Of a stretch of DNA of 64,000 nucleotides, positions 55,490-64,000 are shown piece after piece. The stretch is taken from the NCBI RefSeq assembly GCF_963921235.1, contig NC_086097.1:200634001-200698000 (forward strand), read 5' to 3'. The stretch's first letter is position 1. Each line of letters starts with the position of its first letter. The notes beneath the pieces were generated by a model. That model did no database searches. It saw only the letters and a list, made by a program, of their open reading frames with translations, and was not told the origin of the DNA. The position numbers and the translations under genes are program-made. The DNA comes from Mobula hypostoma. Lineage: Eukaryota.

Positions 55490-57500
55490 CAGAATTAAGC
55501 CTTGTAGAGAATGGACAGGAGGTAAATTACTTGCCACAGGTTTTCTAGACTTCGACATTACCTTGTAGCTATATTCTGTACACGACTACTCTGATTCACT
55601 TTCTGCTCAACAGTAACCGCCAGAATATTGATAGTGGGAAACTCAGTAATGGTAATGCCACTGAATGTCAGCGGATGTTAATTGGATTTTCTCCTGTTGG
55701 TTATCATCATTGCTTGGCAGATAGGCAGCAAGTAATATTTGTACCACGTATCAACCCAGGCCTTAATACTGCCCAGGTCTTGTTTCATTTGGTTCTGGAC
55801 TGCCTCATTTTCTGAGGAGTCATTAATGATACTGAATATTGTGCAATCATCAGCAAACATCCTAGCTGAAGGAAGGTCGCTGATTGAAGCAGCTGAAGAT
55901 GACTGAGCACAGGGCATTACCCCGAGGAACTCCTGCAAAAAAAAAGCCTACATCCATCTTCCTTCATGCTAAGTATTAATGATTTCAACCAACAAAGGTT
56001 TTGCCCCCCAGTTTCCATCGGGTGCAGTTTAGCTTGGACTATTTGACGTTATGTTCAATCAAATGATGCCTCAATGCCATGAGCAGTTATCCATTTCCAG
56101 AGTTCAGCTTTTTCGTTCATTTTCAGACCAAGGCTATAATGAGGTCAGGGATCAAGTGACTTTGGTGAACACAAACTGAGTTTCTGTAAGCAGGTCGTTA
56201 TTAAGCAAGTGCAGCTTGATAGTACTGTCGAACAGCACTTTCGTCACTTTTCTAATAATCAAGAGAAGACTAATGGGGAGGTAACTGGCTGGGTTGGTTT
56301 TGTCCTTTTATGGTAGACAGCACCTACCCGGCAATTTTGCACACTATCAGATGGTAGTTGAACTGGAACTGCCCGGCTAAGGGTGTGGCAAATTCTCAAG
56401 CACAATTTGTCGATACTACTGCCTAAATGTTACCTGGGCTCAGACTTTGCTGTGCCCAATGCCTTTATCTGTTCCTAACAGCACACGGAGTGTCGCGAAT
56501 TGGCTGAAGGTTGGCATCAGTCTTAAGGGAAGGAGGCCAAAATGTATCCACTCAGCATTCTAGCTGAATTTTAATAATTGCAAACAAAAAATATGATGCG
56601 CTAAGCTTACTTTTCATCAAGAATGGGTGTATTTGTAGGGCCTTCACCTCCAAGGAGCTGTTTATCCTTCAAGATTCACAACTGGATGTGGCAGGACTGC
56701 AGATCTGATCTGTTAGTTTGTGAGACTGCTTTATGCTGTTTGAGGTATGGCATGCAAGTAGTCTTGTCCAGTAGCTTATCCAGGTTGATTCCTTATTCTG
56801 AGGCATGTCTGATGTGGTTCCTGGCATGCCCTTCTCCGTTCTGCATAGAAGGTGGATCGATTCCCTAGTTTGATAGCAACAGGAAGCCGGGGGGGGGGGT
56901 TATGCTGCCCCATGAGGTGTAAGATTGTGGTTGAGTACAATTCTGCTGTCATATTTGGTGGCTTGCAGTGCTTCATGGATGTTGCTAGATCTGCTTGCAG
57001 TCTGCCTATTTAGCACAGTAGTGGTACCCAACAGCATTATTGCCACAAAATATGAAGTTATTCTCACTGTTAAGACACAATTTTATCCCAGAAGGACTGC
57101 ATGGTGGTTACTCCCAATGACACTGTCATAGACAGATGCATCTATGACACATAGGATGAGATCAAAAAGGTTTTCACTCTTGTTGGTTCCCTCATCGCTA
57201 CACAAACCCAATCTAACAGCAATATCCTTTAACCATAGTGAAGTTTCCAAGCCACTCTCAGTAACTGAAGTTGAAGTCCCCCACCCAGAGTACATTCTGC
57301 ACCTTTGCCATTCTCAGTATTTTCCCGACACGGTAGTCTACCTGGAGTGGTATAGACTCGTTAGAGCATTCAGTAAGTGATAATTAACAGAAGGACTCCT
57401 TGCCCAAATTTAACTTGATTTGATGAGATTTCATGGGATCAACATTAGTTTGCCAGGGCAGTTCACACTCTGCTTTATACCACTGTGGTATTTCTGCTGG
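55490..57500 (-). mobile_element. Old, highly decayed CR1-like LINE
   Basis: RMFADDCTIFS, WGTSTS (frameshifted GDFN region), DLIL...IGSNHH endonuclease-like remnants. Confidence 0.55.
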
Positions 57501-57534
57501 GTCTGTCCTGCTGATGGGAAGGACAGACTCAAGG

Positions 57535-58430
57535 ATGGAAAGACTACAACACATCATTCTCCACAACTTCCGCCATTTCCCAAAGTGTCCTACTACTAAA
57601 CAGATCTTTATCTCTTCCCCCTTTCCACTTTCTGCAGGGATTGCTCCATCCTTGGTTCCCTTGTCTATTTGTCTCTGCCCACTAATCTCCCTCCGGCATT
57701 TATCCCTGCAAGTGGCAAAGTGCTACAGCTGCCCATTCACCTCCTCCGTCACCTCCATTCAGTCCTTCCAGATGAGGCAACATTTCACCTACGAATCTGC
57801 TGGAGTTGTCAATTGTGCCTGGTACTCCCAATGCAGCCTCCTATGCATTGGTGAGAGCTGCCGTAAGTTGGGGGTCCACACTTCATCGAGCAGCTTCGTA
57901 CCATTTGCCAAAAGGGGAACTTCCCAGTGGCCAACTATTTTGATTCTCATTCTCGTTCTGGCATGTCAGTCCATGGCCTCCTCTTGTGCATGATAAAGCC
58001 CACCCTCAAGGTGGAGGAGCCAACACCTTATATTCCGTCTGGATAACCTCCAACTCCAACCTGATGGCATGAATATCGATCTGTTCTTCTGGTAAAGGCC
58101 ATTTTCCCCTCCCCTTCCCTCTTTATTCCCCACTCTGGCCCCTTGCATTTTTTCACCTGCCTATCACCTATTCTTGGGCCCCCTCTTTCTTCCCTTTCTC
58201 CTATGGTCCATTCTCCTCTCCTATCAGATTTCTTCTCCAGCTCTTTAACTTTCCTACCCACTGGGCTTCACCTATCACCTATTAACTATCCTTCTTCCCC
58301 TCCCCCTACCTATTTATTCTGGTGTCTTCACCTTTCTTTTCCAGTCCCGAAGAAAGCCCTTAAACTTTGACTGTTAATTCATTTCCATAGATACTGTCTG
58401 ACCTACTGAATTCCTCCAGCATTTTGACTG
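57535..58430 (+). mobile_element. Second, older Penelope-like element fragment (GIY-YIG + pLTR)
   Basis: Colinear with 455-1430 (IILHNFRH, SFQMRQHFT, LLCIGE, cctgatggcatgaatatcga); decayed hammerhead at 58343-58372. Confidence 0.85.
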
Positions 58431-59099
58431 TTGTTCCTGAGAGTTTGATTGTAAGGTATTAACTCCTGTATATGACAATGACAGGTTGTTGCCTGTCAGC
58501 CTGTACACCCCAAATTGGCTTCAGCCATTTCAGAACCCAGAGAACAAGTCATAATTATATTAAGTACTATACAATAAAGCAATATCTATACAAAATAATT
58601 TATATTTGTACTGGCATTACTAAATTTAAAAAGGCAATATTAAGATAGACCTGAGTACTTTCAAGAGGCATCGGCTGGAGAAACGGCTGTCAGTTTGGCT
58701 GCACAGCAGAAACACAGAGAGAAGTTATTCGAATTCCAGAGAGAAATGAGACTTATTACATACTATACTATAACACAGGCCAATTGAAAACCGCACATTT
58801 CCTGCACCGAACAGACTATACCTTCTGACTGCAAAACAGTGATTCATTAGTTAACCGGTGGTTGATTCGGTTACCAGACAGCATAAGGCTTAGAGCTTAC
58901 TCAAGACGATCCAGTTTAATATAGTACAGATTGAATGTATTTCTACAGGTTAACAATACACACAGCAAAACTTTCTCATATTTGAGCAATAAACACGACT
59001 AAACTCTGAAATCCCACAGGTAAACAAAATCAGTCTCAGTTCATGATAATTTTATTACATAGATCATAAATTATACATACACGCCTAAAATGCACCAGA

Positions 59100-59750
59100 A
59101 AGAACCTCCCTCCCGCACGTAGGCTGGAGAACCAGCACTAAGCCGTAGTCGATGTCGGTTCAAAGTTCGCTCCGGCAGCCCAACACCTTACGACGTGCGC
59201 CGCAGCCCCCGATCGTGAAGTTTCCCAGTGCGGGCTCTGTTGCCGGGAGGCTAAGGCCCTAAGGCTGAGACCCCTCCCCGTCCCTACCGCTGCGACCCGC
59301 GTCCCTCGGACGGCGCCCTCCTTACCGTCCTCCAGCTTGACCAGCTGTGGTAAACGGTACGAGCTGACCAACAGGTCAAGGGGTCGCGCCTCGCTGCTCC
59401 ACCTCATCTCCTTCGTGCCGCTTAATGCCTCCATGCCGCCCGGTAACCAAACAGAGGCGGGAAGCGTTTAGCCGCAGGTTTCCATCCGGCCGTAAGGCCT
59501 CCTCAGGGCGGGCGTCTGGCTTAGCTGCGGCCGCTGCTTCGAGAGCTGTGGTGATGGACTCCGGGCCGCGCTCCCGAAACGCCATGCCAGGAATCACAGA
59601 CTCTGGAGCGATCCAGCCGCGGTGCCTCTCGGACGGAGGAGGAGCTGCACCGCCCGTCCTCCCGGCGTAGCCTACCTTCAACAGTCCCTCACTGCGTAGA
59701 CGTGGGTAACGCTACCTCCACTCCCGTCAGCATTCCCTCCTTCGAAACAA
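59100..59750 (-). promoter_or_regulatory. CpG island / promoter and 5' UTR of GAREM1
   Basis: Abrupt GC- and CpG-rich stretch spanning exon 1 in otherwise AT-rich, CpG-poor DNA. The TSS cannot be determined from sequence. Confidence 0.8.
59326..59434 (-). CDS. GAREM1: GAREM1 (GRB2-associated regulator of MAPK1 / FAM59A) coding exon 1
   Basis: ATG at 59434 in strong context (ggcggcATGG). Encodes MEALSGTKEMRWSSEARPLDLLVSSYRLPQLVKLED+G, matching the GAREM N-terminus as I recall it (WSS..PLDLLVS.YRLPQ). Donor G|GTAAG at 59325; 109 nt, phase 1. Confidence 0.93.
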
Positions 59751-60539
59751 GGTTAACTTTCTCCAGGTTCGCAGCCTGATTTGCAGAGTACTTGACAGAC
59801 CCTCATAAATTTCTTACATTTGTCTCAAGATAAAATTTATAAATAATTTCTTTATGCTTGTTAAATGTTTATTGTTTATATCTGCTTAATCTTTTTCTGC
59901 GTTTTATTTCTTGTGTAGGTTTTCTAGACTTCACTTAATTCTCTTCAGTGTTTTCGTCCTAGAAATACTAGCGAAACATAAAGAATCTTCCTGTTTACAA
60001 CCCGCACGTGGAATTGTCTATGATTTACCTAAGGTCTCTCTTCGCATTTCTCAAATAACAAAATTAATCAAAAATATGAGGATATCTTCCACATATATGC
60101 TCTTAATACACAGTTCTACCTTTCCTAACTCCTCAACTTCCCTGACGCCAGGTGACTTAGTTCAAACCGGATAAGCAACATCATCTATCTAGTTAAATGT
60201 TGAAAAGATTAAAATCACAATTGTTGTTCTACACCACTAATTTTATACTTCCTGTTGATTCTGCACTTCCACGCCCCATTTCAAGTCAAGTCAAAATTTC
60301 AGGAAATTTTTGCAAACTTTGATAACCAGTTTGACTCTTCCCACCCCTCCCCACCCAGTCCATATCCAGATATAAAAGACAACATTGTTATGGTTCTGTA
60401 GAATGCTTGCTTCCACTCTGCTTTCAATCACCTGCTGCTGACGTCCCTTTGTGTCACCCATAAAGCTGTACTTGGCTCAAGTGTTCAAGTACTTTTTCAT
60501 CTTCTCATTGCTGTGAGTTTCTCACTTGCTTCAAAAGGG

Positions 60540-61640
60540 CATCAATCATACGGGTGCCGAAGAAGAGCAACAACTATTGACAGGAGAAACTCAGATCCAC
60601 CATAATGAAGTGCTTTGTGGGGTTGGTTATGGCTAGAATTAATGCCTGCCTGAGCAAGGACCTGGACCTGGACCTGGTGCAATACACCTACTGCCACAAA
60701 AGGTCTATAGCAGATACTATCTCTCTGGGTTTTTATTCTGCTCTGGAACAGCTAGACACAGCAAAGCATATATGTGCCTGTTATCAATTACAGTTATGCA
60801 TTCAATATCGTCCCTTCAGTACTAATCACTAAGCTTCTAAACCTGGACATCTGTACCCCCCTCTGTAAATGGATCTTTGACTTCCTCAATGGGAGACCTC
60901 AGTCAGTATGGATCAGTAATAATATCTCCTCGTCACTGACAATCAACACAGGCACAGTACAAGGATGGGTGCTGAACCCACTGCTCTGTTCTCTCTATAC
61001 TCATCGCTGGGTGGCTAAGCGCAGTTCAAGCATATGTAAATAAGCAAATATCACTATTATTGGTAAAGTCTATGATAGTGATGAGGAGGCATGCAGGAGT
61101 GAGATAGATCAGCTGGTTGAGGTGTGTCACAACAACAAGCTTAAACTCAACGTCAGCAAAATCAAAAAATTGATTGTGGACTTCAGGAAGGAGAAGTCAG
61201 GAGAACACATACCAGTCCTCATTGAGGGATCAGCAATGAAAAAGGTAGGCAGCTTTAAGTTCCTTGGTGTTAACATCTCAGAGGATTTGTCCTGGCTCAA
61301 CAATTTAATATGGCTCTACTTCATTAAGAGTTTAAGATCTGGCATGGCACCAAAGATTCTTACAAACTTCTGTCGGTGAATGGTGGACAACATTTTGATT
61401 GATTGCATCACAGCCTGGTATAGAGATTGTAACAGACTGCAGAACGCTGTAAGCTCAGCCAGCACCATTACAGACACAACCTTCCTTAACCTGATGGGCA
61501 TTTTCAAGAGGCAATGCCTCAAGAAGGTGGCATCCATCATCAAGAAACCTCACCATCCGGGATGTGCCCTCTTCGCATTATTACCAACAGGGAGGAGGTA
61601 CAAGAACTTGAAAACTTACACAAGATGATTCAGAAACAGC
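60540..61640 (+). mobile_element. Rex1/Babar-type LINE fragment
   Basis: MKCF, LTINTGTVQGWVLNPLL, LNVSKIKKLIVDFRK, SFKFLGVNISEDLSW, LLPTGRRY. Confidence 0.8.
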
Positions 61641-62220
61641 TTCTTAAAAGAGAATACCAAAAGGTTTTTTTCAAATACATTAAAAGTAAAAGAGAGGCAA
61701 AAGTGGATATGACCACTGGAAAATGGCACTGAAGAGGTAGTAATGGGGGTCAAGGAAACGGCGGAAGAAATTAATGTGTACTTTGCATTAGTCTTCACTG
61801 TGGAAGACACCAGCATTGTGCAAGAAATTTAAAGTTTCAAGGGGCAGAAGTGAGTGTAGCTGCTTTTACTAAGGACAAGATGCTTGAGAAACGTAAAGGT
61901 CTGGAGGTAGATAAGCCACCTGAGCCAGATGGACTTTCAACATTCTGAAAGAGGTAGCTGAAGAGATTATGGAAGCATTAGTAATAATCTTTCAAGAGTC
62001 ACTAGATTCTTGAATGGTTCCTGAGGACTGGAAAATTGCAAATGTCATTCCACTCATTAAGAAGGGAGGGAGGCAAAAGACTGGAAATTCTAGGCCAGTT
62101 AGTTTAACTTCAGTGGTTGGTAAGATATTGGAGTCTGTTATTAAGGATGAGGTTTTGGTGTACTTGGAGGCACATGATAAAATAGGCATGGTTAAGGGAA
62201 AATCTTGCCTGACAAATCTT
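61641..62220 (+). mobile_element. CR1 fragment
   Basis: EDWKIANVIPLIKKGG, RPVSLTSVVGKILES, GKSCLTNL. Confidence 0.8.
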
Positions 62221-62734
62221 GATTCTATTACTACTTTATCTTCACTAAAATCTAATCTACAGTTGCCAGTCAATCTACCAGCATGCCTTTGGGAGCACTC
62301 AGCAGAAATCAACTCAGTCACAGGGAGAAAGTGCTAAACAGACAGCACCCAAGACTAAGTCTCTTGAACTCAGAGGTAGCAGCACAATATGCTGTCACAT
62401 TGAAGCACCCTCTTTCATTCCAGTTATAGATATATTCTCGATTTGCATAAATTTCTTATTTTATTTTCTTCGTAATGAAATTTGGATAGAAGCCTGAAGG
62501 CTCACAGTTAACGATTCAGGAACAGTTTTGTCCCCTCTGCCACCCAATTCCTAAATGGACTTTGAGTCCGTGAGGATTGCCAGCTCACCCCTACCTTTGT
62601 TGTTTCACCAATACTGAATACTTTGTAATTAGCAATGTAGAGCCCTTTCTTAATACTTGATATTAGTATTCCATATGCCCCAGTGGATCTGCTTACTCAT
62701 TTTATTCATATGATTCACAATTATTGCTCAAGAC

Positions 62735-64000
62735 TGTAAGACATAAGACATATGAGCAGAATTATGCCATTCAGCCCATTGAGTTTGTTCATAATTCCAT
62801 TTTGGCTGATTTATTATCCCACTTAATTCCATTCTCTTGCCTTCTCTCCATAACTTTTGATGCCCTAACTAAGAACATAACAAACTGTTTTAAATATACT
62901 CAGTGGCTTGATCTCCTCAACCATCCATGCCAATGAAATCCACAGATTCACCACCCTCTGGCTAAAGAAATTCCTTCTCATCTCTGTTCTGAATAGACCT
63001 CCCTCTGTTCTGAGGTTGTGCCTTCTGGTCCGAGACTCACCCATGATAGGAAATAATCTCTCCACATCCACTCTATTTAGGCCTTTCAATATTCGATAGG
63101 TTTCAATGAGATGCCCCCACATTCTTCTAAACTCCAGCGAGTACAGGCCCAGAACCATCATGCGTTAGCGCATTTATTCCAGGAATTATTTTTGTGAACT
63201 TCCTCTGGACTTTGTCCAATGCCAGCACATTTTTTCTTCCATAAGGGTCCCAAAACTTCTCACAATTATCCAAGTGTGGTCTGACGAATGCCATATTCAG
63301 CCTCAGCATCACATCCTTGCTCTTACATTCTAGTCATCTCAAAATGAATGCTAACTTTGCATTTGCCTGCCTTAACACCGCCTCATCCTGCAAGTTAACC
63401 GTTAAGGAATCTTACACAAGGATATCCAAGTTCTTTGCACATCAGATTTTAAAATTTTCACCCCATTTAGAAAATAGTCTATGTCTTTATTACTTCTACC
63501 AAAGTACATGTCCATACATTTCCCTACACTATATACCTTCTCCCACTTCATTGCCCATTTTCCCAATCTGTCCATGTCCTTCAGCAGATTCCCTGTTTCC
63601 TCAACACTCCACCTATTTTTGTATCATCTGCAAAGTTGGCCACAAAGCCATCAATTTTGTCATCCAAATTGTTGTCATACAACATAAAGGAAGCTATCCC
63701 AATACCAACCCCTGAAGAACACCACTAGTCACCAGCAGCCAACCAGAACAGGGCCCTTTTATTCTGACTCTTTGCTTACTGCCACTCAGCCAATCTCCTA
63801 TCCATGCTAGTATCTTTCCTGTAATACCATAGGCTCTTACCTTATTAAGCAGCCTCATATGTGGCACCATCTCAAAGGGTTTCTGAAAATCCAAGTAAAA
63901 CAATATCCACTGACTCTCCTTTGCCTATCCTGCTTGTTATTTCCTCAAAAAAATTCCAACTGATTTGTCAGGCAAGATTTTCCCTTAAGGAGACCATGCT
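62735..64000 (-). mobile_element. CR1 3' portion (continues beyond window)
   Basis: YLDFQKPF, SGVLQG, RPHLDNC, FFSQRVVNLW; tail taagacataagacata. Confidence 0.88.

Overview
Eukaryotic (vertebrate) genomic DNA, most likely a cartilaginous fish (ray or shark). That assignment is inferred from the repeat landscape, not from a database search. The only host gene is GAREM1 (FAM59A) on the minus strand. Coding exons 1-3 (59326-59434, 41369-41509, 4970-5100) have canonical GT-AG boundaries and compatible phases, with a CpG-island promoter at about 59.1-59.75 kb. The rest of the gene lies off the left edge. The introns and upstream flank are mostly decayed transposable elements: CR1, L2, Rex1/Babar and RTE LINEs, Penelope-like (GIY-YIG) elements, Tc1, Tigger/pogo, hAT and PIF/Harbinger DNA transposons, and a tRNA-derived SINE, often nested. 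The most notable non-coding signal is a family of minimal type-I hammerhead-ribozyme motifs. One intact copy sits at the 3' end of the Penelope-like element (1330-1365). Related motifs recur in about a dozen short, sometimes palindromic, non-autonomous derivatives across the window, and one has been hit by an RTE LINE next to its predicted cleavage site. Most ORF-track entries are TE fragments or noise. Repeat boundaries without TSDs are approximate.
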